From Planctomycetota bacterium (GTDB lineage Bacteria; Planctomycetota; Planctomycetia; Planctomycetales; Planctomycetaceae), in assembly GCA_046074585.1 (NCBI GenBank), contig JBJTOM010000512.1, positions 1,478 through 65,477 on the forward strand: a stretch of DNA of 64,000 nucleotides. The letters are read 5' to 3'. Each line of letters opens with the position of its first letter. The first letter of the stretch is position 1. Positions 38,113-50,436 of the stretch are shown here, piece after piece. Below the pieces are notes generated by a model, which was given only the letters and a program-made list of their open reading frames with translations, was not told where the DNA came from and made no database searches. The translations under genes were made by a program, and so were the position numbers.

Positions 38113-39795
38113 TTGCGAAAGCTGGAAGAACTGCTCAAAAACTACGGCCCGCAAATCCCCTTCAAACCGCCCATTCCTGTCACACTGGGAAGTTCAGGAT
38201 CGACTCTTCACGAGAATCCGGTTGTTTTTTATGTGCGGGCACACCGATGCTCCGACTCAATTTCGCGTTGCCCGAATCCCCCTCAATCAGTATCATCCGC
38301 AGCATCCAAACCCCAGGTTTGCCCGGCTGGAAGTCGGGCTCAAAATGCCACGGAGTCGGCCTTGAATACTCGTAAACGCCACAGCCTTCGCGTCCTGTTC
38401 GTCGATGACGACAACTCCATCGCACAGCTGATGCGTGTCGAACTGCCGCGTCTCGGCCACGTTTCCACCGTCTGCCAGTCGCCGGCCGCTGCTGTCGAAG
38501 CTGTTGAAAAGAATGTGTTTGACGCCGCCATCATCGACCTCAAAATGCCGGGCGGCAGTGGCTGGGACGTCATCGATCACCTCAGAGAACACTCCCCTGA
38601 AACCGTCTGCGTCATCATCACGGGGCATGGTGATCGCGATGATGCCATTCGAGCGATCCGAATGGGCGCTTATGACTTTCTGCCGAAACCCATCTCCCTC
38701 TTCGAAATCGTCAATGTGCTCGATCGCATCGGCGAAAAGAAAGCACTCGAAAACCGAAACCTCGCCCTCGAAAGCCGCCTGCAACGCGTCGAGGGACGCT
38801 CAGATCTCATCGGCGACTCCACCCCCATGCTCCGCGTCCGCCGACTCATCGATCGTATCGCCCCCACTGACTCCGCCGTACTCATCCTCGGTGAAACCGG
38901 TACCGGCAAGGAAATGGTGGCCCGCAGAATTCATGAACAAAGCGATCGCAGAAAGGAACCGTTCGTAGCTGTGAACTGCGGCGCCATCCCCGAGAACCTC
39001 GTGGAAAGCGAATTCTTCGGGCATCGTCGCGGTGCGTTCACCGGAGCAGATTCCAATCGCGCCGGGCTGTTCGAAGTTGCCAACGGCGGCACGCTGTTCC
39101 TCGACGAACTCGGGGAACTCGATAAGGCCATGCAGGTGAAACTGCTCCGCTTCCTCGAATCCGGTGAAGTCCGCAGAGTTGGCGATAACGAACCGTTTCA
39201 TGTCAGCGTCCGAATCGTGTGCGCAACCAACCGCGAACTTCAGCAGATGGTCCGCGATGGCTCCTTCCGGGAAGACCTGTTCTTCCGCATCAATACGTTC
39301 GAAATCTACCTGCCCCCGCTCCGCGAACGACTGGATGACATCCCTGAACTCGCTCGCCACCTGCTCGCACGACACCTCCGCAAAGACTCACTTCCCCCCG
39401 AGATCCTCCCGCCCGAAACCGTCCGACTGCTCCAAAGTCATCCGTGGCCGGGCAACGTCCGGGAACTTGCCAACGTCCTCGAACACGCCGTCATCCTCTC
39501 AGACGGGCAGAGCATTCGTCCGGATGACCTGCCACGCAGCATCCAGCGCGGCCCCGGTCACTCCGTTGATCCCCGGATGCAACGCCAGTCCCCCAGCATC
39601 TCAGCTCCCGGTATTCCCGCCCCCTGCGTCGAAACCGCTGCCAGAACGCTCCGGCAGATGGAAGAAGAAATGATCCTCCGCGTCCTCGATAAAAATCAGG
39701 GCGATAAGCCGCAAACAGCGAAAGAGCTCGGGATTGCCCTGAAAACTCTGTACAACAAACTGGGCCAGATCGAATCGCAGCGATTTGCCGGCTGA
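38113..39795 (+). CDS. Sigma-54-dependent Fis-family response regulator (NtrC-like enhancer-binding protein)
   Basis: Receiver domain (RVLFVDDDNS...IIDLKMPGGSG), AAA+ core (GETGTGKEMVARRIH, ESEFFGHRRGAFTGA) and a Fis-type HTH (TAKELGIALKTLYNKL). 38113 is a TTG. In-frame TTG 38362 (MNTRKRHSLRVLFVDDD) gives a more typical length, so the start is uncertain. Confidence 0.85.
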   Translation: MRKLEELLKNYGPQIPFKPPIPVTLGSSGSTLHENPVVFYVRAHRCSDSISRCPNPPQSVSSAASKPQVCPAGSRAQNATESALNTRKRHSLRVLFVDDDNSIAQLMRVELPRLGHVSTVCQSPAAAVEAVEKNVFDAAIIDLKMPGGSGWDVIDHLREHSPETVCVIITGHGDRDDAIRAIRMGAYDFLPKPISLFEIVNVLDRIGEKKALENRNLALESRLQRVEGRSDLIGDSTPMLRVRRLIDRIAPTDSAVLILGETGTGKEMVARRIHEQSDRRKEPFVAVNCGAIPENLVESEFFGHRRGAFTGADSNRAGLFEVANGGTLFLDELGELDKAMQVKLLRFLESGEVRRVGDNEPFHVSVRIVCATNRELQQMVRDGSFREDLFFRINTFEIYLPPLRERLDDIPELARHLLARHLRKDSLPPEILPPETVRLLQSHPWPGNVRELANVLEHAVILSDGQSIRPDDLPRSIQRGPGHSVDPRMQRQSPSISAPGIPAPCVETAARTLRQMEEEMILRVLDKNQGDKPQTAKELGIALKTLYNKLGQIESQRFAG

Positions 39796-40090
39796 TTGCA
39801 GACAACCAGGAGACTGACGACGGCCATGAACAAACGACTGCTCATCAGCCGTTCCAGCCCCGACTCGCTTTTCAAACGCCGGAATTTCCGTCATCATTTC
39901 TGCACATTCGGATACCGTCCATTCACGGCTCACACCTGTTCCTGCCCAGGAGCCGATCACTGCAGGTGACGGAATCCTTTGCCAGGCCCATCCGGGTCCC
40001 GCTCGTTCCTGACCTTCCCCCGGAAGCCCACTTATCACCTCACGCGGTCCGCCTGCGACCGTCCCCTCGAATGCCCCAAGGAGCATCTGC

Positions 40091-41122
40091 ATGAATCACT
40101 CTGCCCCCCGGCTGCACAACGCCATGTGGCCCGGACTCGTCGGAAAAGGTTCCGGCGAAGGCCAGGAACCCGCGATCAGTCTCGACCGCATGCTGCAGCT
40201 CACTGCCGCCGCCAATGTCAACGGAGCAAAATTTGACGGCATCGACTATTTCCTCTTCCTGCCCCACACCGATCCACAAGCCGGCGATGATGAACTCCTG
40301 CGAATCGCCGATCAGATCGCCGGATATGGCTTTTCCGTGGGATCCCTCGTCGCCCCTGTCTGGCCAGGAACCGTCGGGGACTCCGCGATGGGTGACGACG
40401 CTGCCCGCGAGAAATTCCTCACTGCCGTCCGCATGGCCTGCCGTATCGCAGGTGTCTTTGAACGCCACGGGATCCGGAAATACGGCGTGATCCGCATCGA
40501 TTCTGCGGAATTCGGGGTTGCCAAGTGGCGAGAAAACCCCAAAACCAGCACCTCGAAGATTGCCGGAACGTTTCGTGAAGCCGCCAAAATCGCAGCCGAT
40601 CACGGACAGCGACTCGCCGCCGAAGGCGAAATCTGCTGGGCCGGCATGCACAGCTGGAAAGACATGCTCAATCTCCTCGAAGAAGTCGGCATGCCGCAGT
40701 CTCTCGGCTTCCAGGCAGACCTCGCCCACACCTACCTCTATCTGCTCGGCTACAACGCCCCCGAATGCGCACTCGTTCAGCCTGGCTACTCCGAAGCGGA
40801 ATTCTGGGAAGCCTATAAGACCATGACCGACCAGCTGCGGCCATGGACCATCGATTTCCACGTCGCTCAGAATGACGGCCACGTCCACGGCGCCGGATCT
40901 CATGACAAAACAGGCAAACACTGCCCCGCCGATGATCCCAATGGCAAACTGGATATCGTCAAATGCTCCTCGTACTGGCTCAAGGGAGCGACCGAGCGCG
41001 GGATCCGGCACATTTGCTGGGACGGCTGCATGTTCCCTAACAGCACCCTTGAAAACCCCGCCACATGGAACACCATTCTCGATACCATGCTCCGCGTTCG
41101 TTCCGCCTGCGGCTGGAACTGA
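40091..41122 (+). CDS. Sugar phosphate isomerase/epimerase (xylose isomerase-like TIM barrel) family protein
   Basis: The length and sequence pattern fit the TIM-barrel family that commonly sits next to Gfo/Idh/MocA oxidoreductases. The long antisense ORFs here are spurious. Confidence 0.6.
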   Translation: MNHSAPRLHNAMWPGLVGKGSGEGQEPAISLDRMLQLTAAANVNGAKFDGIDYFLFLPHTDPQAGDDELLRIADQIAGYGFSVGSLVAPVWPGTVGDSAMGDDAAREKFLTAVRMACRIAGVFERHGIRKYGVIRIDSAEFGVAKWRENPKTSTSKIAGTFREAAKIAADHGQRLAAEGEICWAGMHSWKDMLNLLEEVGMPQSLGFQADLAHTYLYLLGYNAPECALVQPGYSEAEFWEAYKTMTDQLRPWTIDFHVAQNDGHVHGAGSHDKTGKHCPADDPNGKLDIVKCSSYWLKGATERGIRHICWDGCMFPNSTLENPATWNTILDTMLRVRSACGWN

Positions 41123-41166
41123 TACATCCATCGCCCATCACGTCTTCTCTCTGAAGGTCCCCCCCT

Positions 41167-42312
41167 ATGTCTCACCAGAAACCACTCAATATTGGACTTG
41201 TAGGCTACGGCTTTATGGGCCGCACCCACTCCAATGGTTACAAACGCGTGAACGACTTCTTCCCCGAACTCCAGCACCGCCCGGTGCTCAAAGCCATCTG
41301 CGGCCGCAGCGAAGATCAACTCCGAAAATTCGCCGACCAGTGGCAATTCGAATCCATCGAGACAGACTGGCGCAAACTCATCAATCGCAGCGATATCGAT
41401 GCCATTGATATCTGCACTCCGAACAATTCCCATGCCGAAATCGCCATCGCAGCCGCTCAGGCCGGCAAAATGGTCCTCTGTGAAAAGCCACTCGCCATGG
41501 ACCCCGCCGAAGGCCGGAAAATGGTCGACGCCGTGGAACATGCCGGTGTACTCAATACGGTGTGGTACAACTACCGTCGCGTCCCCGCCGTTTCTCTTGC
41601 CAAACGACTCATCGACGAAGGACGACTCGGGCGCATCTTCCATTACCGCGCCAACTTCCTCCAGGACTGGACCATCAACGCCGACCTCCCGCAGGGCGGC
41701 ACTGCCCTCTGGAGACTCGATGCCGCCGCAGCCGGCTCCGGCGTTACCGGCGACCTGCTCGCACACTGCATCGATACAGCCATCTGGCTCAATGGTTCCA
41801 TCAATAGTGTCACCGCAATGACCGAAACGTTCGTTAAGGAGCGTAAGCATAATCTGACCGGCAAAGTCGAGAAAGTCGGTATTGATGATGCCTGTGCCTT
41901 CCTCTGCCGGTTCGGCAATGGCTCCCTGGGACTCTTCGAATCCACTCGCTATGCCCGCGGCCACAAAGCACTCTACACATTCGAGATCAATGGCGAAAAA
42001 GCCTCAATCAAATGGGACCTGCACGACCTGCATCGGCTTGAATACTTCGATCATCGTGACGATTCCGTGATCCGCGGATGGCACCAGGTACACTGCACCG
42101 ATGGCGATATGCCATACATGAGCAAGTGGTGGGTTCCAGGACTGCAGATTGGCTACGAACATACGTTCGTTCACCAGGTCGCAGACTTTCTGTCATCCGT
42201 TGAATCCGGAAAACCCTGCAATCCGACCTTCCGCGACGCACTCGAAACCCAGAAGATCTGCCAGGCAGTGCTCGACAGCGCAAAATGCGGCCAGTGGAAG
42301 GAAATTACATAG
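41167..42312 (+). CDS. Gfo/Idh/MocA-family oxidoreductase
   Basis: N-terminal Rossmann [19 protein letters not shown], plus [29 protein letters not shown] (EKP motif). Confidence 0.85.
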   Translation: MSHQKPLNIGLVGYGFMGRTHSNGYKRVNDFFPELQHRPVLKAICGRSEDQLRKFADQWQFESIETDWRKLINRSDIDAIDICTPNNSHAEIAIAAAQAGKMVLCEKPLAMDPAEGRKMVDAVEHAGVLNTVWYNYRRVPAVSLAKRLIDEGRLGRIFHYRANFLQDWTINADLPQGGTALWRLDAAAAGSGVTGDLLAHCIDTAIWLNGSINSVTAMTETFVKERKHNLTGKVEKVGIDDACAFLCRFGNGSLGLFESTRYARGHKALYTFEINGEKASIKWDLHDLHRLEYFDHRDDSVIRGWHQVHCTDGDMPYMSKWWVPGLQIGYEHTFVHQVADFLSSVESGKPCNPTFRDALETQKICQAVLDSAKCGQWKEIT

Positions 42313-42354
42313 CCCGCCTCATTTCGCGCGGTTATAATCCCCGAACATTCAACA

Positions 42355-42397
42355 GCAGGGCGGCCGAAGCCATCTTCAGCCGCCCTGCTTTGTTTGT
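42355..42397 (+). terminator. Rho-independent terminator after the oxidoreductase gene
   Basis: A perfect 10-bp GC-rich stem gcagggcggc / gccgccctgc (42355-42364 and 42379-42388) with a 14-nt loop, followed by tttgtttgt. Confidence 0.7.
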
Positions 42398-42493
42398 CTC
42401 TGCACCCGACATCGGTTTCCGCCGCTTGTCTTCATTCCTGCGCCTTCTTTTCCCCGTCTGTCCTCCATCTCCCCCCACCGCTCAGGTCACGCC

Positions 42494-42961
42494 ATGGAAC
42501 GTCAGCCCATCTCCCGTGAAGGTTACGACAAACTCCGCGAAGAAGTCCGCCTGCTCGAAGAAGTGGAAATGCCGGCGGTCGCTGAACGCATCAAAGTCGC
42601 TCGCGAAGAAGGCGACCTCAAGGAAAACGCTGAATACCACTCCGCGCGCGAACTCCAGGGACTCCTGCAGGCAAAAATCAACCAGCTCAAAAGCAAACTC
42701 GCAGGCTGCTACATCGCCGAACGCTCCGAAGGCCCCAAAGACAACGTCGAATTCGGCGCCAAAGTCACTGTCAGTGTCGATGGTGACCAGGAAATCTACG
42801 AACTCGTCGGGCCCGGTGAAGAAGACTACGAAGGCGATATCATGAAAATTCTCACCACCAGCCCCATCGGCAGTGCCATGATGGGCAAAAAGGTGGGCGA
42901 TCGAATTGAGGTCGCTATTCCCAGAGGCAAACTGCGCATGCAGATCGTCTCCATCGAATAA
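42494..42961 (+). CDS. greA: Transcription elongation factor GreA
   Basis: [22 protein letters not shown]...[18 protein letters not shown] matches the GreA N-terminal coiled coil, and the C-terminal domain is [14 protein letters not shown]. Confidence 0.9.
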   Translation: MERQPISREGYDKLREEVRLLEEVEMPAVAERIKVAREEGDLKENAEYHSARELQGLLQAKINQLKSKLAGCYIAERSEGPKDNVEFGAKVTVSVDGDQEIYELVGPGEEDYEGDIMKILTTSPIGSAMMGKKVGDRIEVAIPRGKLRMQIVSIE

Positions 42962-43025
42962 CTCTCACACCCCCTTTTTTTCAAATCCGCCCTTGGCGCC
43001 CTTCAAAAGCTTCTGTACCATACCA

Positions 43026-43047
43026 GTGTTGGGCCAAAACCCAACAC
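43026..43047 (+). other. Hairpin (8-bp stem gtgttggg / cccaacac, 6-nt loop) in the greA-csrA spacer
   Basis: A perfect inverted repeat seen directly in the sequence. No U-tract follows, so its function is unknown. Confidence 0.3.
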
Positions 43048-43057
43048 CCCGAAAAAC

Positions 43058-43117
43058 GGCTCACAGGCGGTTCTCAAACAGCTCACAGGTGGCTTTCCAC
43101 GGCCACCTTTCCACGGC
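43058..43117 (+). promoter_or_regulatory. Two pairs of direct repeats upstream of csrA (candidate operator sites)
   Basis: GCTCACAGG at 43059-43067 and 43081-43089 (22-nt period). CTTTCCACGGC at 43093-43103 and 43107-43117 (14-nt period). They lie about 120-180 nt upstream of the csrA ATG. Confidence 0.25.
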
Positions 43118-43235
43118 TGCTTCTCACCGTCACCCTGCTGTTTTTTGGATGCAATCGTACCGGGCAATCAACGGAGGGTCTCAGCCAGGATTTCCAATTC
43201 TCAGCGGATTGTCTTTCAGAAAAAGGGGCGCGATC

Positions 43236-43445
43236 ATGTTGGTCTTAAAACGTCGTAAGGGTCAGGAAATTGTCATCAACGGCCAGATTCGTATTCTGGT
43301 CATCCAAACCGGTGAAGGCAGCTGCAGCCTCGCCTTCGAAGCTCCGGATACCTGCCGTATCCGCCGTGGTGAACTCCCGGTATTCGATCGCACTTTTCAG
43401 GACACAACCTGCCACTCAGCGGCCCCTGAACTGCAGGTGCACTGA
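43236..43445 (+). CDS. csrA: Carbon storage regulator CsrA
   Basis: MLVLKRRKGQEIVINGQIRILVIQTGEGSCSLAFEAPDTCRIRRGEL aligns with the canonical MLILTRRxGE...I.V.V...G..V.IG..AP....I.R.E pattern. The product is 69 aa. Confidence 0.8.
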   Translation: MLVLKRRKGQEIVINGQIRILVIQTGEGSCSLAFEAPDTCRIRRGELPVFDRTFQDTTCHSAAPELQVH

Positions 43446-44035
43446 TGGCACAGCATGTCGGACTGCTCATTCGCCAGGCCCGTCAGGCTCACGGAATCTC
43501 CCTCCGTGGTCTGGCAGCTCAGATCGGTATCCACTTCAGCCACCTGTCCAAGATCGAAAACGGACAGGATCAAATCGGTCGTGATGCCCTCCTGCGCCTC
43601 TCCGAACTCCTGCAGCTCGATCCCGATCTGCTCCTTGGTGAAGCCGGACACCAAACCCGCCCGTTTCGCGTGCTTGGTGACGTCGCTGCGGGAATCCCAA
43701 TCGAAGTCACCGAAAACGTCGAAACGTTTGATCTCGCCCGACACTACGACCCCCAGCAACATTTCCTCCTTCGCGTCAAAGGTGATTCCATGATCCTGGA
43801 CGGCATCCACGACCAGGATCTTGCAATCATTCGATATGCCCAGACGGCCTCCAACGGCGATACCGTTGTCGCAATCGTCGATGACCAGGAAGCAACACTC
43901 AAACGTTATCGTCGCGTTGGCTCAACCATCGTCCTCATCCCGGCCAACGAACACATGCAGGAAATGATCTTCCCGGGCTCCCGCGTGCGCATCTGCGGAA
44001 TACTCACCGGACTCATCCGCACCGGCCTCCGCTAA
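43445..44035 (+). CDS. XRE-type HTH / peptidase S24 (LexA/CI/HdiR-like) autocleaving repressor
   Basis: HTH_3 (IRQARQAHGISLRGLAAQIGIHFSHLSKIENGQ), an Ala-Gly cleavage context (GDVAAGIP), the catalytic Ser (VKGDSM) and Lys (ATLKRY). The ATG overlaps the csrA stop (TGATG). Confidence 0.8.
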   Translation: MAQHVGLLIRQARQAHGISLRGLAAQIGIHFSHLSKIENGQDQIGRDALLRLSELLQLDPDLLLGEAGHQTRPFRVLGDVAAGIPIEVTENVETFDLARHYDPQQHFLLRVKGDSMILDGIHDQDLAIIRYAQTASNGDTVVAIVDDQEATLKRYRRVGSTIVLIPANEHMQEMIFPGSRVRICGILTGLIRTGLR

Positions 44036-44056
44036 ACCCCAAAGAAAACACCCAGG

Positions 44057-44422
44057 ATGTCTCAGACCCCGCTCCCCAAACCCAGTACGCCGACAACGCT
44101 CGGTACGCCCCGGATCGGTGTGAACCAACTGGACATGGGTGGCTGGCTCCGCGTCTATCTCGGCCAGGGTGACCCATCCGGAGAAGTCGCCTGCTATCTC
44201 TCCCACGCCCTCAACGGCTGGTTCCGCGAACGTCCCCATCTGCGACTCCGCTTCGTGCTCCCTGTCACTCGCCACGGTCATACCGTCGAACTGCATGCCT
44301 GGTACGAACAAGTCTGGTTCTCTGATCAAAGCCCGCTCGCACGCGCCACCCCCAGAACCCCCGCCACTTCGACCACGCCCCCCGCGTCTTCGATCACACC
44401 CTCACCCACCTCACCCCGTTAA
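44057..44422 (+). CDS. Hypothetical protein (121 aa, Pro/Thr-rich tail)
   Basis: Coding-like codon usage with GC-rich third positions, 21 nt after the S24 repressor gene. No family was recognised. Confidence 0.45.
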   Translation: MSQTPLPKPSTPTTLGTPRIGVNQLDMGGWLRVYLGQGDPSGEVACYLSHALNGWFRERPHLRLRFVLPVTRHGHTVELHAWYEQVWFSDQSPLARATPRTPATSTTPPASSITPSPTSPR

Positions 44423-45249
44423 CCGATCGCGCTGCCGCCAAAAACAGACCGAAATGTACGGATTGTCTGCTCCGCTGCTGTCCACGAATCCGGGATCGGG
44501 AATGCCTCCGCCGATGCAAACCCACCATAACCCATTTCCCGCAATACCACTCCAACCTGCTGCAAATTCATGTGCCCCCGACCTGCTGCCTGCCGGTTGG
44601 AATCCACGAAATGCACATGCCCCAAAAACCCCGCCGTATCCCGCAGCCCCCCCTCAATGCTCGCCTCTTCAATATTCAGATGAAACAGATCCGCCAGAAT
44701 CTTCACATTCTGCGTTCCCACCCCCCCAAGAAACTCCGCCGCCTCACGCATCGTGTTACACAAATTTGTCTCATACCGATTTAACGGCTCATACAACACA
44801 ACTGTCCCAAGTCTTCCCGCAAGCTCTCCAAGCCTTCCTAGCGCCTCCCCAAGTATTCTCAATGCCTCCGGCCTCGGCATTGTCTCCGTCCAGCGTCCCT
44901 GCATCGATCCAATAATTGCTGGCGCACCAAATTCCGATCCCACCCTCAGCATCTCACCAATAAACTCCTCTGCCCTGCCACGACGGTCCGGATCGGCATC
45001 ACACAAATGCAATCCCTCAACCAGCATCCCCGCACCTGTGCCCAATGCCGCTAATGTCAGTCCGTGGAATTCCAACAGCGACCTCAGCGCGGCACCACGC
45101 ACCACACTGGCCGACGGCGCAAAAATTTCCACCGCATCAAACCCCAATTCCGCTGCCGCTCGACATCCACCCGGTAAATCCCCGTGAAACACAAACGGCC
45201 CCCGCCGAGCCTGCTCAACCAGGCTGATCGTCACTGCCGATCGAATCAT
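44419..45249 (-). CDS. Sugar phosphate isomerase/epimerase (xylose isomerase-like TIM barrel)
   Basis: AAELGFDAVEIFAP..., VVLYEPLNRYETN and GHVHFVDSNR are typical of AP_endonuc_2/TIM-barrel family members. Confidence 0.8.
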   Translation of the reverse strand: MIRSAVTISLVEQARRGPFVFHGDLPGGCRAAAELGFDAVEIFAPSASVVRGAALRSLLEFHGLTLAALGTGAGMLVEGLHLCDADPDRRGRAEEFIGEMLRVGSEFGAPAIIGSMQGRWTETMPRPEALRILGEALGRLGELAGRLGTVVLYEPLNRYETNLCNTMREAAEFLGGVGTQNVKILADLFHLNIEEASIEGGLRDTAGFLGHVHFVDSNRQAAGRGHMNLQQVGVVLREMGYGGFASAEAFPIPDSWTAAEQTIRTFRSVFGGSAIG

Positions 45250-45785
45250 CGCACGTCCTCCGATGGCAAATTTATCCCCGGTCCCACCGGTGCAGCAACC
45301 GTTGAATTCACCGGTGCATGCTCCGACAAACCAATCCCACCCAGCTGCACCAACGGCTGCGGGGCTCCTTCACACAGCGGTGTCACTCGCCCGGGCTGCT
45401 GCAGCATCTGACCGACTGTCATCTGCCGAAACAGTTGCTCCATGGTCGCCATCGCATGGTCAAGACTGCTGTGCAACGGACACAGCTGGCCGGTATGTGA
45501 ACGGATTCCCAGTGGACATTCGTGAATTCTCTGAAAAGGCTCAATTGCACTCACCACATGCCACAACGTCAGTTCCTGCGGGTCTCGCAGCAGCTGAAAA
45601 CCGCCATGCGGACCGCGATGTCCCGACACAATCCCACCTCGCGCCAGTGCCTGCAGCAGCTTGGGAAGGTATGACGGTGGGACTCGAGTGGCCTCGGCGA
45701 TCTCTCTGGCCGTGCACACACGACCGGCGTTCTGAGCAATCGTGACGATGGCGCGAAGAGCGTATTCAACGGTTTGTGAGAGCAT
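45246..45785 (-). CDS. Rrf2-family transcriptional regulator
   Basis: MLSQTVEYALRAIVTIAQNAGRVCTAREIAEATRVPPSYLPKLLQALARGGIVSGHRGPHGGFQL is a canonical Rrf2 wHTH. The Cys cluster is CPLGIRSHTGQLCPLH. The start is placed at ATG 45785. Confidence 0.85.
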   Translation of the reverse strand: MLSQTVEYALRAIVTIAQNAGRVCTAREIAEATRVPPSYLPKLLQALARGGIVSGHRGPHGGFQLLRDPQELTLWHVVSAIEPFQRIHECPLGIRSHTGQLCPLHSSLDHAMATMEQLFRQMTVGQMLQQPGRVTPLCEGAPQPLVQLGGIGLSEHAPVNSTVAAPVGPGINLPSEDVR

Positions 45786-45879
45786 TGGACCGGCCACAGG
45801 CTGAAAAGGGGATGGAGCGATGCCGGAAGAGTTGCTGAGAGGGATATTCCATAAAAGAAGGCTGCATTGCAAATGAGCA

Positions 45880-46809
45880 TCAGCTGAGGGCATTTGGCTG
45901 GTAACCCAGTTCCTTAAGCATTTCAATCAGCGGCCCACGCCAAACCTGCGGCAACGGGAGCACAGGGGGCTGAGGATCTCCGACAGGCGGACCGATCAGA
46001 TTGAGCGCCGCTTTCATGGTGCTGAACCAATGAGCACCCTCGCCCCTTGAATGATAAGCCTGGAACTGCAGTCGCATGAGCGGTGCCAGTTTTTGCCACT
46101 GCCTGCGCGCTTCCGGAAGATTGCCCTCGATCGCAATCAGCTCATACAGCCTTCGCGCCGCTCGCGGAACCGTACTGGGAATTCCCGAAATCCAGCCGTG
46201 ACTCCCATGACACAAACCCTCAAATGCCGCTGTGTCTATCCCCGCATACACGGCAAAACGCCCCCCCGTCGCCTGCAGCAACTGGCACTGACGGTCCGAC
46301 TCGGGATGCGACATCTTCACTCCCGCGATCGCCCCCTCCTCAAACAATCTCAAAAGATGTTCGGTCGTCAGGTCCACCGATGTCAGTGGGATATTGTGAT
46401 AGACCAGAATCGGAATCCGGACCGCTTCTGCGATGCGACGATAGTGGTCCATCACCTGAGCAGGTGTCGGGGCCATGTAATAGGGCGGCACAATCAGCAA
46501 TGCGGTCGCTCCACAGGATTCCGCAAAACGCGACAACTCAATTGTGCGTGCAGTCGAGTAATCATGGGTGCCCGCCACGACAGGCACTCGCCCCGCCACC
46601 GCCGCCGTTGCTGCCTCCAGCACCCGGCGGCGATCGTCGCATTCCATCGCCGGAAATTCACCGGAACTTCCCAGCGGCGAAATCGCGTCGACAGACTCCG
46701 AAATCAGCCAGTCAATGTGCGGCTTCAAACGCTCCAGCCAAAGCCGCCCGTCAGGGTGGAATGGAGTGACCGAAGAGGCGCAGACGCCACGGAACGGAGG
46801 TTGCTGCAT
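45880..46809 (-). CDS. Dihydrodipicolinate synthase/N-acetylneuraminate lyase (DapA) family aldolase
   Basis: GVCASSVTPFHPDG..., ISPLGSSGEFPAM and a class I aldolase TIM-barrel pattern of about 309 aa. The substrate cannot be assigned from sequence. Confidence 0.75.
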   Translation of the reverse strand: MQQPPFRGVCASSVTPFHPDGRLWLERLKPHIDWLISESVDAISPLGSSGEFPAMECDDRRRVLEAATAAVAGRVPVVAGTHDYSTARTIELSRFAESCGATALLIVPPYYMAPTPAQVMDHYRRIAEAVRIPILVYHNIPLTSVDLTTEHLLRLFEEGAIAGVKMSHPESDRQCQLLQATGGRFAVYAGIDTAAFEGLCHGSHGWISGIPSTVPRAARRLYELIAIEGNLPEARRQWQKLAPLMRLQFQAYHSRGEGAHWFSTMKAALNLIGPPVGDPQPPVLPLPQVWRGPLIEMLKELGYQPNALS

Positions 46810-46837
46810 TTCAGGTGCCTTTCAAAACTGATACCTG

Positions 46838-49393
<2,556 letters not shown>

Positions 49394-49419
49394 GACAAGT
49401 CCGTTGAAGGGCTCGGAGA

Positions 49420-50436
49420 TTATACCAGAAGCATCCCCGTGCGCTGGTCCAGTCCCAGCATCAGGTTCATGTTCTGCACAGCAACGCCACTGGCTCCCTT
49501 GATCAGATTATCGAGCGCGGCAAAGATCACCAGCTGCCTGCGGTTGAAGCGAACACTGATATCACAGAAATTCGTCCCGGACGTATCCTTTGTGGATGGA
49601 ATGTGATCGACCACCCGAATGAATGGCTGGTTGCGGTAGTAGCTTCGATAGACATCCAGCAACTCCGGCTGCGTTGCCGGTAATCTCAGCCGCGGATAGA
49701 TGGAGCAGAAGATTCCGCGATCCATCGGCATCAGATGCGGATTGAAGGCAACTTCCACTTGCGCCCCACCCACGTCGGAAAGAACCTGCTCGATCTCCGG
49801 CGTATGCCGATGATTTCCAATGCTGTAGGCCGTCACATTCTCGTTGCATTCGCTGAACAGATTTGAAAGCTTCGGTGTCCGCCCTGCTCCACTGATGCCA
49901 CTTTTTGCGTCAATGATGATCCCGCTGGCTTCAATCACTCCAGCCGCCACCAGCGGTGCCAGTGCGAGTATTGAAGTGCTGGTGTAGCAGCCGGGGTTTG
50001 CCACAAGTGACGCAGACGGGATCCGGTCGGCATAGATTTCGGGCAGCCCGTAAACCGCTTCAGCCAGACGCTCGGGATCCGTGTGCGTGTGATCGTACCA
50101 GTCCCGATACAAGGTCGCTTCCCGCAGGCGGTAATCGGCACTCAGGTCGACAACGCGACAACCGCCTGCCAGCAGCTGCGGCACTGCTTCCATGCTGGCC
50201 GTATGCGGCAGACAGCAGAATGCAATGTCGCACTCCCGCCCCACCCGTTCGGCCGTCAGGTTCTCACATCGCAGGTCAAACAGTCCTGTCATTGAGGGAT
50301 GAATTTTTGAAAGTGGCGGGCGATCGTCCTGTCGCGTTGTGGCAGCCACCAGCTTTGCATGGGGGTGTCGGGAAAGAATTCGCAGGAGTTCCAGAGCGGT
50401 ATAGCCAGTGGCGCCAAGAATCGCGATGCGTGCCAT
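49420..50436 (-). CDS. argC: N-acetyl-gamma-glutamyl-phosphate reductase
   Basis: MARIAILGATGYTALELLRIL and the active-site NPGCYTSTSIL. The start is placed at ATG 50436. Confidence 0.9.
   Translation of the reverse strand: MARIAILGATGYTALELLRILSRHPHAKLVAATTRQDDRPPLSKIHPSMTGLFDLRCENLTAERVGRECDIAFCCLPHTASMEAVPQLLAGGCRVVDLSADYRLREATLYRDWYDHTHTDPERLAEAVYGLPEIYADRIPSASLVANPGCYTSTSILALAPLVAAGVIEASGIIIDAKSGISGAGRTPKLSNLFSECNENVTAYSIGNHRHTPEIEQVLSDVGGAQVEVAFNPHLMPMDRGIFCSIYPRLRLPATQPELLDVYRSYYRNQPFIRVVDHIPSTKDTSGTNFCDISVRFNRRQLVIFAALDNLIKGASGVAVQNMNLMLGLDQRTGMLLV

Noticed and set aside
40040-41964. Two long minus-strand ORFs (363 aa and 354 aa) opposite the TIM-barrel and Gfo/Idh/MocA genes
   Set aside because: The plus-strand products have a recognisable Rossmann/EKP motif and family-typical sequence. 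The antisense ORFs are low-complexity shadow ORFs.
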